Made by a program: the position numbers and the translations under genes | The notes under the pieces: generated by a model | The model's database searches: none | What the model was told of the DNA's origin: nothing | Seen by the model: the letters and a program-made list of their open reading frames with translations, nothing else | Shown here: positions 27,759 to 37,206 of the stretch, piece by piece | How positions within the stretch are numbered: the stretch's first letter is position 1 | How the letters are laid out: every line of letters starts with the position of its first letter | From: a virus | Direction: 5' to 3' (one strand) | Length of the DNA stretch: 64,000 bases | UHGV virus genome: UHGV-0248979

Positions 27759-28280
27759 CTACGGGTTAAAAGGTAACGGCTTGCAGTCCCGCTTTTTCAA
27801 CTCCTCTACTAGCTCAGGTAATGTACACCAACGTTTAAATTTGTTGTTGGCTTTAAAGTGACTAAGAATTTCCTCTACACGTTCAATCGACCACTTCCCT
27901 TTACCCACGTTATCTAAATCTTTACGTAGCGAGAGCGTCTCAATGGTAAACGCTAATTCAGAACTGTCCGAGTGGTCGTACAGCAGTCTTACCGGTGCGG
28001 GATGATGTAGCGTAACGCGCCAACCTGACTCCTTAGTCCAGTAGACATCTTTAATTCGGCCACTGGCGTCAATTACGGAACTGATATAAGTCCAATCGGT
28101 ATCCAATTTGTTCTTTTCGGCGGTTAATGCATCTTCTAATCGTAAAGAGTTAGGGGACGGAATCCACCAACCGTACTTACCGTAATAATCGTCTATTACG
28201 GTAATACCTTCGTAATACAAATATTGTGTTTTTGTATTAACAAATAATTCATCGCCGATTAAAACCGCATTTATCTTCAT
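27759..28280 (-). CDS. hypothetical protein
   Basis: 173-aa ORF. Confidence 0.55.
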   Translation of the reverse strand: MKINAVLIGDELFVNTKTQYLYYEGITVIDDYYGKYGWWIPSPNSLRLEDALTAEKNKLDTDWTYISSVIDASGRIKDVYWTKESGWRVTLHHPAPVRLLYDHSDSSELAFTIETLSLRKDLDNVGKGKWSIERVEEILSHFKANNKFKRWCTLPELVEELKKRDCKPLPFNP

Positions 28281-28879
28281 CGTAAACCCTTCCTGTAAAA
28301 CAAGTCGTAAGTGGTCGAGCTAAACGGATCAATAGAACCTACCAATGGCATAATTTTCTTTTCTGATATTCCAGTTGCCCAAGCAGCCCGCGCAAATCCT
28401 CCACCAGAACCCGTTGCCCAAACCGCATTTTTATTTATTACAAACGTTTTAAACTTATCTGCCACTAATGTCAGCCAATGTGTTTCTCTAACCGTAAAAA
28501 TGACTATTTGATCGAATATTCGCTCTTTTTCGAAAAGATCTGCAAGCAAGGGCTCAACTTTCTGACGTTTATCCTCGTCTAAATATTCTTCTATAGCAGC
28601 GGTAATCGATATTTTCCAAAATTCGGTGTCCAGTACAAGTTCTCCCGTGTAGAAAACAAACTTGTTTTTGTGTTTGTGCAGTTTGGGCAATTCTTTAACC
28701 GTGCCACCATAATCCACAAGTCGGTCAGCTAAAATGTAATCGTTTGTTACTAAAACTGTTGTCATCATACACCTCGAAGAAAAATAAAAGTACCCTCTCT
28801 CCGTTAGGAGAGAGGGGCACTGCTTAAATCTTACGACTGCTACCGTAGCAGCCACGACCTGCTGTCGTTTTCGCAGCAC
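28277..28879 (-). CDS. hypothetical protein (true start probably the internal ATG near 28766)
   Basis: An internal MMTTVLVT start with GAGGTG RBS sits just downstream of a terminator hairpin; the annotated 5' extension overlaps the upstream gene. Confidence 0.5.
   Translation of the reverse strand: MLRKRQQVVAATVAVVRFKQCPSLLTERGYFYFSSRCMMTTVLVTNDYILADRLVDYGGTVKELPKLHKHKNKFVFYTGELVLDTEFWKISITAAIEEYLDEDKRQKVEPLLADLFEKERIFDQIVIFTVRETHWLTLVADKFKTFVINKNAVWATGSGGGFARAAWATGISEKKIMPLVGSIDPFSSTTYDLFYRKGLR
28784..28818 (-). terminator. rho-independent terminator
   Basis: Hairpin gcccctctctcc-taac-ggagagagggt followed by a T-run on the minus strand. Confidence 0.65.
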
Positions 28880-29093
28880 TGACAGGTGCTAATGCAACCA
28901 TCGTACCATCGTCCTTAACAATCTGTAAGTTACCTGCGCGAACCAGACCTTTAAAGGTAATCTTCACGCCCTTACGTAAACTCTTCACATTGAAACCGTC
29001 GAGTTTGAGTGTTTTGATTTTCTCAGGTTTACCTTCTTCGTAATAAGAAAGTACATTACCTGCACGTTTTTCAACAATATAGATCTTAGCCAT
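28824..29093 (-). CDS. small basic protein
   Basis: 89 aa, Lys-rich; GGAG RBS; preceded by a degenerate promoter-like element. Confidence 0.5.
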   Translation of the reverse strand: MAKIYIVEKRAGNVLSYYEEGKPEKIKTLKLDGFNVKSLRKGVKITFKGLVRAGNLQIVKDDGTMVALAPVSAAKTTAGRGCYGSSRKI

Positions 29094-29111
29094 TTTAGAT
29101 TACTCCATTTA

Positions 29112-29148
29112 GTTAAGTGAGAATTCTCACATAGATGAAATATATCTT
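29112..29148 (-). promoter_or_regulatory. degenerate copy of the conserved promoter element
   Basis: Minus-strand AAGATATATTTCATCTATGTGAGAATTCTCACTTAAC (GATATAT ... GTGAGA hairpin ... CACTTAAC). Confidence 0.3.
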
Positions 29149-29166
29149 AAATTTTTTAGACAGCCA

Positions 29167-29586
29167 TTAACATAGCGCAATATTAACCGACTTACCAGGC
29201 AGCGGGAAATGCTGAAGTTCTATCGATAGAAGTTTCCTGTCAATAGTCAGTATTTCATCAACGTTGGGTGTAAGGCGGAACACAGTGCGCGGTAACGTGA
29301 AAGGCACGTTCGTTGAGCAGTTTTTTAACAGTAACTGATCCTGAGGATAGTCAATTTCTACCACCCTCCCAATTACCCAACGTTCGTGAACCTCACCACC
29401 TAGCGGTGCAGTTAGTGTCCGTTGCAAGCGCTGTAAATTCGTTTCGTCGGTATTAGTGTGGTTTTGGTTCGACATAGATTTCCCCAAACACGTATGCGGT
29501 TCCGGCTTCATTTGTCGGTTTAGCAACACACCATTTCCATTCTTTAGTTTCAGGGATTTGCCAGGATAACAAAAGAGAACCCTCAC
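29167..29586 (-). CDS. hypothetical protein (likely start at the internal ATG near 29475)
   Basis: ORF overlaps the upstream gene; an internal MSNQNHT start avoids most of the overlap. Confidence 0.45.
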   Translation of the reverse strand: MRVLFCYPGKSLKLKNGNGVLLNRQMKPEPHTCLGKSMSNQNHTNTDETNLQRLQRTLTAPLGGEVHERWVIGRVVEIDYPQDQLLLKNCSTNVPFTLPRTVFRLTPNVDEILTIDRKLLSIELQHFPLPGKSVNIALC

Positions 29587-29770
29587 AGATTTCAGAGGTA
29601 TCGACCTCAGGGTGGAACAACATGAATTCGTTTTCGTTGTCGTCTACTACGACGAATTGACCTTCTTCTACCCTTTCGAACTTAGCAACACCTACTACAG
29701 TTGCTGGTTCCCCAACGGTAAATACCATTTCTTGTTTTGGTAAATCACGGTGAATCGCACTTAACCACAT
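29453..29770 (-). CDS. hypothetical protein
   Basis: 105-aa ORF. Confidence 0.5.
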   Translation of the reverse strand: MWLSAIHRDLPKQEMVFTVGEPATVVGVAKFERVEEGQFVVVDDNENEFMLFHPEVDTSEICEGSLLLSWQIPETKEWKWCVAKPTNEAGTAYVFGEIYVEPKPH

Positions 29771-29825
29771 TTAAGCTGTTCCTCAATTAATTTGTTTACG
29801 TGTGCATAATTAGACGCGGAAGCGT

Positions 29826-29866
29826 AAAAATAAATTCTCCCTCTCTCCAAACGGAGAGAGGGGAAG
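29826..29866 (-). terminator. rho-independent terminator
   Basis: Hairpin ctccctctctcc-aaac-ggagagagggga with an adjacent A/T run. Confidence 0.65.
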
Positions 29867-29867
29867 T

Positions 29868-30374
29868 TTACAGTACGTTTTCTTCGCGATCGTCTACTAA
29901 CACAGAAGTAATCACATAACGCGCTAAGCGATTACGTGCTTCTTCCGTTTCTTCTTCAGAAGGTAACTGTTCGCCCGCAGGCGCACACAACGTTAGCCCA
30001 GACTCACGAAGCTGTTCGGCATAGTCTTCCACGGCTGCGTCGAACGTACCACGAATACCTGCTACCGCATCCATAATTTCGTCGTTCGGAATAATGGATT
30101 CTTTTAGCACAGCGTGAGCATCTGTAGGCTCCACCATTTGCAGGTTCTGTTCTACCAGCAATGCCTGTTTCGCTAAGCTGTCTGTGATAAAGCAAGACAG
30201 AATCTTTTCGAAATCGTCTAACGAGAATTCTGTGTCTTCAGATGCCCCGGTAATCAATTGCCCGTAGCGATTAAAGAATTCTTTACAACGTGTTTCGTAG
30301 TCAGCTTCTAAGTCGCGAACACCGAGATCAAAATCGTGCTGCTCCAGCTGATTAAAATCCAGAGTCTCTTTCAT
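29868..30374 (-). CDS. strongly acidic protein (candidate DNA mimic / anti-restriction)
   Basis: 168 aa with about 39 Asp/Glu against about 14 Lys/Arg, counted by eye. Confidence 0.5.
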   Translation of the reverse strand: MKETLDFNQLEQHDFDLGVRDLEADYETRCKEFFNRYGQLITGASEDTEFSLDDFEKILSCFITDSLAKQALLVEQNLQMVEPTDAHAVLKESIIPNDEIMDAVAGIRGTFDAAVEDYAEQLRESGLTLCAPAGEQLPSEEETEEARNRLARYVITSVLVDDREENVL

Positions 30375-30412
30375 CTCTAAGTCTCCAGTTAAGAGGTCAT
30401 ATTACCTGCTGG

Positions 30413-30640
30413 CTAGAGTACCAACGTTAACCCGGTATGGGTTTGTGCTGAACCAACACCATCACGCGCTTTTGCTTTGGCGATAAGTTTGTCAATCACA
30501 CGTTGATGACTGCGAGTAATATCTTTACCTGGATAACCGATAATCAGCACGTTCTCAGCATTAATAACCGCCGAGAACTCGTTATCACCTGCAACATAAG
30601 CAATCTTTTTGTCTTTGGTTACAATACGTTTGATTTCCAT
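30413..30640 (-). CDS. hypothetical small protein
   Basis: 75-aa ORF. Confidence 0.45.
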   Translation of the reverse strand: MEIKRIVTKDKKIAYVAGDNEFSAVINAENVLIIGYPGKDITRSHQRVIDKLIAKAKARDGVGSAQTHTGLTLVL

Positions 30641-30649
30641 TCAATGTCC

Positions 30650-31423
30650 TTAAAAGATAAAATGACCAGTTAATGCTTCTGCCTCAACACCAGGCATCGA
30701 TGGAGGTGCTGAATATGGAAAAGTAAGACGCACGGTTGCGCCCTTTAAATACGCAATACGGTAGTACGTGGTCAAGAGCGCATTCCCGTAAGTACAATCG
30801 TTATAGAAGAAACCTTCGGTGGCAAACGTCTTTTCGTTGATTTTCGAATAGACTAAGATACCTTCAACTTTACCATCTTTACGGCAGCACAAACCTTCTG
30901 CTGCACCAATCGCTAACAATTCCAGGCAGCGCGTATCCAAGCTGACATTAACCACCTTAGTGATCGTAAACGTTTCTTCTAACGTTAGAGATTCAATATC
31001 ATCTACATCAGGCAAATCGGTGCGAACTTCAGGTTTTTCAGTAAACGTCAGCTCATAATCGATGAACGACGGCTGCATACGCAAGAACGCCATTAACTGA
31101 TCGCGACGTTTTAGGTCATTGGCAGGGTATGTGACATCAAACACCTCCACATCTAACAAACGTTTGAGTTGTGCGAAATTAATTTTCTTCTTCGCAAACA
31201 CAACGATTGCCGACATGTAGAAAATCTTACCATCGGCGCGACCGGAGAAGACACATTGCAGCTGATTCGTGTTCGAAAGAATGATAAAGGTCGGATCTTC
31301 AGATTCGCGAATGATGTCTTTTTCCATCAACCCTTTTCGTAGACGGGTTAGCGAAACTATTCTACCACCCACACCAATTGCTAAATGGTCATTACGATAA
31401 TCGTCAATATCCACTATACGCAT
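30650..31423 (-). CDS. hypothetical protein
   Basis: 257-aa ORF. Confidence 0.55.
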   Translation of the reverse strand: MRIVDIDDYRNDHLAIGVGGRIVSLTRLRKGLMEKDIIRESEDPTFIILSNTNQLQCVFSGRADGKIFYMSAIVVFAKKKINFAQLKRLLDVEVFDVTYPANDLKRRDQLMAFLRMQPSFIDYELTFTEKPEVRTDLPDVDDIESLTLEETFTITKVVNVSLDTRCLELLAIGAAEGLCCRKDGKVEGILVYSKINEKTFATEGFFYNDCTYGNALLTTYYRIAYLKGATVRLTFPYSAPPSMPGVEAEALTGHFIF

Positions 31424-32238
31424 TAGAGCACTCCCAGTAATTCAGTCACCGTTTTCCGAGTAGCGCCAGACGCACCCATATAGCGACCGACCTCAATACT
31501 ACGCCACTTAAAACCGTAATAAATTTCTCGGGTGAGCAGGGTGTCTGCATTTGACAACACGACACTGTTGCCACGTTCCACCTGCTGCTGTAGTAACTTG
31601 GCCAATTCACGATGATCCGTTTGTGAGAATTCTTTACGGTGGTATTGCGCATGTTTCGCAGTATCCGATAACGGAATATACGGAGGATCAGCATAAATCA
31701 CAGCATCCTCAGGTGTCCGTGCTAATACAGAACGAAAGTCCTCACAAACAATTTCCAGATAATCAACTTCCGCACAACGTTTAGCCCAATCCCGAATTTC
31801 TTCTAATGGATAATAAACCCCATTCGGGTAACGTCCAAACGGAACATTGAACCCACCGCTACTGTTATAGCGACACATACCGTTATAACCGTGACGCATT
31901 AAGTATAAAAACATCGCAGCACGCTCAACTTCTGACATCGATTTACCGCTATTAAACAGCTCACGACGCTCCATATACTTTACAGTGGCATTACCGTCTA
32001 AGAACAACGGTTGCGACGCAGCGATCAGTTCTTCAGGCTGTTCACGCGCAACACAAAGTAAGCGTATCAAATCAGGGTTAGAATCCGATAAAATATACCG
32101 GCTGTAATTCGTATTTAGGAAAACAGACCCTGCACCCACAAACGGTTCTACAAAGGTTGTACGTTTAGGCAAGACCTTTTGTAATTCCCCTAAAACACGT
32201 GTTTTCCCACCCATCCACTTAATAATTGGTTTCCGCAT
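31423..32238 (-). CDS. dam: DNA adenine methyltransferase (Dam-like, GATC-type N6-adenine MTase)
   Basis: Near-identical blocks to enterobacterial Dam as recalled (VEPFVGAGSVFLNT, YGYNGMCRYN, catalytic DPPY in IYADPPYIP). Confidence 0.9.
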   Translation of the reverse strand: MRKPIIKWMGGKTRVLGELQKVLPKRTTFVEPFVGAGSVFLNTNYSRYILSDSNPDLIRLLCVAREQPEELIAASQPLFLDGNATVKYMERRELFNSGKSMSEVERAAMFLYLMRHGYNGMCRYNSSGGFNVPFGRYPNGVYYPLEEIRDWAKRCAEVDYLEIVCEDFRSVLARTPEDAVIYADPPYIPLSDTAKHAQYHRKEFSQTDHRELAKLLQQQVERGNSVVLSNADTLLTREIYYGFKWRSIEVGRYMGASGATRKTVTELLGVL

Positions 32239-33217
32239 TATATCCGCCTTGTAACGATGATACTTCGTCGCCTAACACCAGCTCGACACGATTTTTCCGA
32301 CGCTCCCAACTGACGACGTCATCGTCGCGCACTAAAACAAATTCGTACTCGTAGGACCGAAATTTAAATAATTCGACGACCAGGTGTCTAAATGCAGGGT
32401 TGTTATTGAAACACCCTATCTCCAATGGTGCCGCTGTTGTCGATGCAATCTGCAGAGCACGGTATAACAAAGTCCGTCCGATACCACGCCCCCGATGTGT
32501 TTCACTTACCGCAATGGCTTTTAATTCACACTCGTTAAGATTACGCAATTTAACTTGCACCACGCCCACAACATCGTTGCCGTCCATCCAAACGTAGGTG
32601 TGGTGGTTGACGTGACGTACTAACTCCACCAACGTTTCGACTTGTGGCATGATTTGTCGTGAGCGGCCCACAGGGTCAGCGTTGATGTTTTCAACTACGC
32701 TCGCGCCTAAAAGCAACATAAGCTGTTCTCGTTGTGCAGCGGTTAACTCTTTATAAAAATCACCAGAGATGTTCTTCACGTTCGTTGGTAGAGCGATATC
32801 CAATAACGAGCGTGTACCTAAACGGTATGTGGTGTGGGTGTGTCTAAATCCTAAGTCATTAAGCTCAGAGATTTCTTCTACACCACTGGCGATTCGATTA
32901 AGATACGTAAAACCGGTGTAGTCGAGTACCAGTAGTAGGTTCAGTTTGTTCAAACAACCTGGTACAATTTCATGCATATACAAGCAGTGTAACGTTGGAT
33001 CGCCGTAAATGTGTTTTGTGATGATAAACCCTTGAATTGTTTTTCCTTTTTGTAAAGAGAACGTATTCAGTTCACTATTGCACAACGCCTCACGAATCAC
33101 CGCACCGTTAGGGCCAGATAAACAAGCCTGAAGTTGAGGGTTGCGAATATCTCTACGTGCTAACCGACCTACTGTTAAATCCGTGGCGGTACGTTCTATA
33201 GTCTTCCTAAAAGCCAT
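32219..33217 (-). CDS. two-domain protein with C-terminal GNAT acetyltransferase domain
   Basis: 332 aa; C-terminal HRGRGIGRTLL acetyl-CoA-binding motif; N-terminal ~200 aa unrecognised. Confidence 0.65.
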   Translation of the reverse strand: MAFRKTIERTATDLTVGRLARRDIRNPQLQACLSGPNGAVIREALCNSELNTFSLQKGKTIQGFIITKHIYGDPTLHCLYMHEIVPGCLNKLNLLLVLDYTGFTYLNRIASGVEEISELNDLGFRHTHTTYRLGTRSLLDIALPTNVKNISGDFYKELTAAQREQLMLLLGASVVENINADPVGRSRQIMPQVETLVELVRHVNHHTYVWMDGNDVVGVVQVKLRNLNECELKAIAVSETHRGRGIGRTLLYRALQIASTTAAPLEIGCFNNNPAFRHLVVELFKFRSYEYEFVLVRDDDVVSWERRKNRVELVLGDEVSSLQGGYNAETNY

Positions 33218-33267
33218 GTTAATTACTCCTTAAAAGGTCGTCTCAAAACAATACGCTAAAGCTGTAA

Positions 33268-33300
33268 AAACAAAAAAGAAAGGGGAACCGAAGTTCCCCA
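33268..33300 (-). terminator. rho-independent terminator
   Basis: Hairpin ggggaac-cgaa-gttcccc with a T-run on the minus strand. Confidence 0.6.
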
Positions 33301-33311
33301 ATTATTAAACA

Positions 33312-33968
33312 TCACGCAAAAGGGGCAGAGCTTGTGAAAGCAAGATTGGGTGTCATGCCAGCTTTCCCTAATTTTTCATACAGGTAATTGAAAAATCTGA
33401 GATGGACCTCGTAGTGGCCAGTCGCTACTCGCTGGCCGTAAACTTCTACCAAGTCAGGCGAAAACTTAATATGGCAGTTTTGTCTAGAGAACAAAGGTTG
33501 TTGCACCCCACCCTTAATTAAGATGCGATACTTTTTACCATCGTCTGTTACGGCGTGAAGAATATTTGTATTGAAATGGAAATAGATAGAAGGGTTAAAA
33601 CTCAACCAGTCGGCAGCATTGACTAGTAGGTCAGCTAACTTAACACCGATTTTGTCAAGTTCAGGCCCTTCAAACTTATGCATTAACCGCAGGAGAATTT
33701 CAGTAATAACCGTACCTGTAAGTAACTTGTCTCTATTAAGGCCAGGCGCAACCGCCAAAATGTCGCCATTATAAGTGCAGACAAGTGTGAATAAGTTGAA
33801 AGGCTGGTCTTGATAAAAATCGAAAACCAGGTCAGTATACGGATTAAAAGTTAAGAATTTCACCCCAATTATTTCATTAACGCAGGGTAAAAGTTCAACC
33901 TTCGCAGCCGGTTGAACTTCGTTGGCTTTAGTCTCGTTCTTTACAGTTTCTTTAGTTTTCGGTGCCAT
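33312..33968 (-). CDS. hypothetical protein
   Basis: 218-aa ORF. Confidence 0.55.
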   Translation of the reverse strand: MAPKTKETVKNETKANEVQPAAKVELLPCVNEIIGVKFLTFNPYTDLVFDFYQDQPFNLFTLVCTYNGDILAVAPGLNRDKLLTGTVITEILLRLMHKFEGPELDKIGVKLADLLVNAADWLSFNPSIYFHFNTNILHAVTDDGKKYRILIKGGVQQPLFSRQNCHIKFSPDLVEVYGQRVATGHYEVHLRFFNYLYEKLGKAGMTPNLAFTSSAPFA

Positions 33969-33989
33969 GATATTACTCCTTCAGGTTGA

Positions 33990-34349
33990 TTAGTGTGTTA
34001 CAGTGTTAGTGATAAAACGCACATTCTTCTTGGTACGTTTAATGGACGTGTTTGCAACGTAGTCCAATGCGGACTCTACGTGAACGGTTACTGAGCAACG
34101 ACCCTTAACGGAATTAAAACTAATCTGATATTTCAGACGAATCGCATCAGCAACTTTCATCATAATCGGCAAGCTTAAACGTTCTACGCGTTCGTTCTTA
34201 ATAGATGAGATAACGGGTTGTGAAACTTTCGCAAGCTGGGCAAGCTCACGCTGGGTAATGTCTTTCGTGGTCAAATGACAAACTACGTAAGACAAATGAA
34301 GGCCAAATTTACGTTTTGCCAGAACGATGGAATTGTGATTGTAAGCCAC
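33990..34349 (-). CDS. helix-turn-helix (XRE-like) transcriptional regulator
   Basis: 119 aa; HTH segment ITQRELAQLAKVSQPVISSIKN; GTG start with AAAGGAG RBS; first gene after promoter copy 3. Confidence 0.65.
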   Translation of the reverse strand: MAYNHNSIVLAKRKFGLHLSYVVCHLTTKDITQRELAQLAKVSQPVISSIKNERVERLSLPIMMKVADAIRLKYQISFNSVKGRCSVTVHVESALDYVANTSIKRTKKNVRFITNTVTH

Positions 34350-34397
34350 GGTAATACTCCTTTAGGTTAACAAGTCGGTGTAAAGAGTTAATTGTAA

Positions 34398-34424
34398 CTC
34401 TCACCTAAGTAATATATATCTGAG
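34398..34424 (-). promoter_or_regulatory. conserved phage promoter element, copy 3
   Basis: Minus-strand CTCAGATATATATTACTTAGGTGAGAG plus a downstream hairpin. Confidence 0.55.
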
Positions 34425-34468
34425 AAAAAATAAAATATAGGTACCACCGTTGGGTGGTACCTAAGCGG

Positions 34469-35092
34469 TTAGTTTGCTAAAATGTACGTAACAATCTCTG
34501 CGGCTTTCAAACGGTAATCGTCATTCTGCGTTACCGGTAATAACGCGTGAAGACAACCGCCTTCTGTTAAGATGTGGTGCGCGAATCGATAACGGTCACG
34601 TAAACCATCCCAACATTGGTTGTCCTTTAGATACTTAACTGTAAGTACCTCATCATCCCAATTCTTACCTTGTTCTTCTACACGTTTCTTAAATCGTGTT
34701 AACGCTGTTGGGTAATCAACATCTGTCCAAACATAAAGGTCAGGAGTGTGGAAATGACGAGTTAGCTTACGTTGGAAAACCACATCCTTACCATCTGTCC
34801 CCTGATAAACGATCGTTGAAGGACAGAAGCGATCGAAAATAACGACATCGTACTCGTCAACAACATGGTCCAACGTGTGAAGGAAATCATCACACATCGC
34901 TTCAGCAATTTTTGTATTCGAAGCAGACTGTACAACCAAACTGCGTGCACGAATGCCCGCCTCGGTTTCAGATGTCGGATGGTTCCGAACGCAAACTTTT
35001 AATCCGGCGGATTCCAACATCGCTTTTACCATTTTACACAACGTTGATTTCCCAGAAAAGTCAGGACCATCAATAGACACTGTCTTAAGCAT
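34469..35092 (-). CDS. tmk: thymidylate (dTMP) kinase-like nucleoside monophosphate kinase
   Basis: P-loop DGPDFSGKST near the N-terminus; DRF...YQG motif at the expected spacing; 207 aa. Confidence 0.75.
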   Translation of the reverse strand: MLKTVSIDGPDFSGKSTLCKMVKAMLESAGLKVCVRNHPTSETEAGIRARSLVVQSASNTKIAEAMCDDFLHTLDHVVDEYDVVIFDRFCPSTIVYQGTDGKDVVFQRKLTRHFHTPDLYVWTDVDYPTALTRFKKRVEEQGKNWDDEVLTVKYLKDNQCWDGLRDRYRFAHHILTEGGCLHALLPVTQNDDYRLKAAEIVTYILAN

Positions 35093-35115
35093 TATAGTTT
35101 TACCTTTTTACGCAC

Positions 35116-35158
35116 GTTAAGTGAAACTTCTCACAATGAGGGTAACAGTTGTAATAAT
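35116..35158 (-). promoter_or_regulatory. degenerate promoter-like element upstream of the kinase gene
   Basis: Minus-strand TTATTAC...GTGAGAAGTTTCACTTAAC shares TATTAC, the GTGAGA hairpin and CACTTAAC with the conserved element. Confidence 0.3.
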
Positions 35159-35206
35159 TTACAATAAAAAAGAAACCCGCCCCTACCGTTAAGTAGGGGT
35201 AAGGTT

Positions 35207-35812
35207 TTATTGGTGGTCAACAATCGGACCACTCCACACTTCTGACGTTTCCGGTGAGGTGAGGTTAGCAGCCTGTGCAGAAGTTACGCACAGCAAGACT
35301 AACCCTTGTTTAGCAAGATAATGTTGCATTCTTGCTGCCTGCACGGCGGTGTCCACAATAACGAGCTCAGCGTCACGTAGAAGCGTTAGAGCTGCTTGCC
35401 CCTCTTGCGGTGTGGTTAAAGCATCACTGTCGTCCAGAATGCGTTTAAGGCGGTTATACGCCAACCCAGTTACATTACTCCGACCTGCACGAAGATCAAC
35501 GACCATATTGCTGTATTCCCCCACCACTTGTTGCGTCGAGTTTGGATAAAATCGAAACGCAGCACGGCGACGTTTACGTCGCACCTCAGAAATCGCGCGT
35601 TGTAAAACCAGCAATACGTATTTCGGAGCCGCTTCGCTATTCGGTCGACGCATCTTGGCTAAACGTGCAGCTAAATCCAAAATTTTCGTTAAGGGATAGC
35701 GGTGTTTAAACCCGTCACGTTCGATAGTAACGCCACGTTTAGGCAACTTGCCTGTTTTGTTGATATACGATACTGTAATCAATAGTAATGAATCGAGAAT
35801 CATCTCTGACAT
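35207..35812 (-). CDS. hypothetical protein
   Basis: 201-aa ORF. Confidence 0.55.
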   Translation of the reverse strand: MSEMILDSLLLITVSYINKTGKLPKRGVTIERDGFKHRYPLTKILDLAARLAKMRRPNSEAAPKYVLLVLQRAISEVRRKRRRAAFRFYPNSTQQVVGEYSNMVVDLRAGRSNVTGLAYNRLKRILDDSDALTTPQEGQAALTLLRDAELVIVDTAVQAARMQHYLAKQGLVLLCVTSAQAANLTSPETSEVWSGPIVDHQ

Positions 35813-35826
35813 TACAAGGCCCTCTC

Positions 35827-36198
35827 TTAGAACCCCTCAAGAACAGCTTTCACAAATTCGTAAACCGTGCGTCGGTGTTCTTCAAGCGGATAAACAAACT
35901 TAGAATAATCGTTGTTCCAGACAACCGGATAGAGGTCGCCATCACAACTTAAATAGCTCTTACGAACCATGTAATAATCTAAACCTACACGGAAGTTTAA
36001 CGACAGACTACCGTGTTTACTACAAACGTGTAGCTGGAGCGATTTCACACCGTCGTGAGTTGGCGATTCAATCGTTTCCGCATACAATACATCCGAACAC
36101 TGTTCTATAGCGCTAACGACATCTCTGAGGTTGTTGTCTGCATCGATGGTCGCTTTTCGGAGAGCGTCGGTGTATTGCTGAAGTTCTCGATAGAACAT
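35827..36198 (-). CDS. hypothetical protein
   Basis: 123-aa ORF with AGGAG RBS. Confidence 0.55.
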   Translation of the reverse strand: MFYRELQQYTDALRKATIDADNNLRDVVSAIEQCSDVLYAETIESPTHDGVKSLQLHVCSKHGSLSLNFRVGLDYYMVRKSYLSCDGDLYPVVWNNDYSKFVYPLEEHRRTVYEFVKAVLEGF

Positions 36199-36737
36199 CC
36201 TGCTAATCTCCTGTCTCTACCGTAAGGTAGGGGAAATGCTTTGTGTTCATATTCTGCAACGACATACGCAGGATAGAACAAAAGGTATTTATAGAACGTA
36301 GACAACGTAACGTTTTTCTGGGTGGCTAAAAAGTAATTAAGATCGGGGTTGTCTGGAAAAGCAAAATGCAATCCTGTGTATACCTGACCTTTATACTCCC
36401 CATTAAAGGGTGTGACTGCACATCGTGGGTGTGTCGGCTCGACGTGTAACCAACGACTTCTTACGTGATAAACGCCACGGACTGTCGCGTTTCGTGTTTT
36501 ACCCAAATAACGACAACGAATATTCTTTTCCCACGCCGCACGTTGAGTGGGTGAACCCAGAGAAACAAACCGCGTTAAAGCTTCAGGTGTAAAGTAATCA
36601 AAAATGCCGGTCGGTAAACACCAACACGCTTTATCGATTCGTACCACTCTCCAACCAGGACGAAAACCCACAGCGTAACGCTCTACACCAAAAGTATATC
36701 TAGACCCGTCATGAAACGGTACTAATCTTGCAGCCAT
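36105..36737 (-). CDS. hypothetical protein (3' end overlaps the next gene)
   Basis: 210-aa ORF; 94-nt overlap with 35827..36198. Confidence 0.5.
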   Translation of the reverse strand: MAARLVPFHDGSRYTFGVERYAVGFRPGWRVVRIDKACWCLPTGIFDYFTPEALTRFVSLGSPTQRAAWEKNIRCRYLGKTRNATVRGVYHVRSRWLHVEPTHPRCAVTPFNGEYKGQVYTGLHFAFPDNPDLNYFLATQKNVTLSTFYKYLLFYPAYVVAEYEHKAFPLPYGRDRRLAGCSIENFSNTPTLSEKRPSMQTTTSEMSLAL

Positions 36738-36738
36738 T

Positions 36739-37206
36739 TTAGATTTCCTTTATCATTTCCCTGCATTCGGTACGGAATCCCATCTTCTCATACAAGGAGA
36801 TAGCTTTAACGTTGTTGTCTAACACATCCAGACTCATCCAACCACAGCCTTTGGACTTTCCGTATTCACGGACTTTGTCCATAAGCGCACGGCCTACCCC
36901 TTGAGAGCGTGCTTCAGGAACCACATAGTAATTCCCGATGTAAACAAACGTGTCCTTTGAGCAAGAACCCATTGAGAACGTCATAAATCCCAGAAGCTGT
37001 TCGTTGTCGTCCACCGCACACGCACAGAGATAATCTTGAGGCCAAATCTCTTCTAAACGTTCGATGGGGTTGAACGTGTCACGTCCGGTTAACTGACTAA
37101 TACGCACTTTCTCTTCTGCGAACAGCATGTTGTGCAGTTTGAGTACCTGGTCGCCGTATAACTTTCCGTATTTACTGTCGGGTTTGAGAATAATAGTAAT
37201 ACGCAT
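36739..37206 (-). CDS. GNAT family N-acetyltransferase
   Basis: 155 aa; motif VVPEARSQGVGRALM. Confidence 0.75.
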   Translation of the reverse strand: MRITIILKPDSKYGKLYGDQVLKLHNMLFAEEKVRISQLTGRDTFNPIERLEEIWPQDYLCACAVDDNEQLLGFMTFSMGSCSKDTFVYIGNYYVVPEARSQGVGRALMDKVREYGKSKGCGWMSLDVLDNNVKAISLYEKMGFRTECREMIKEI

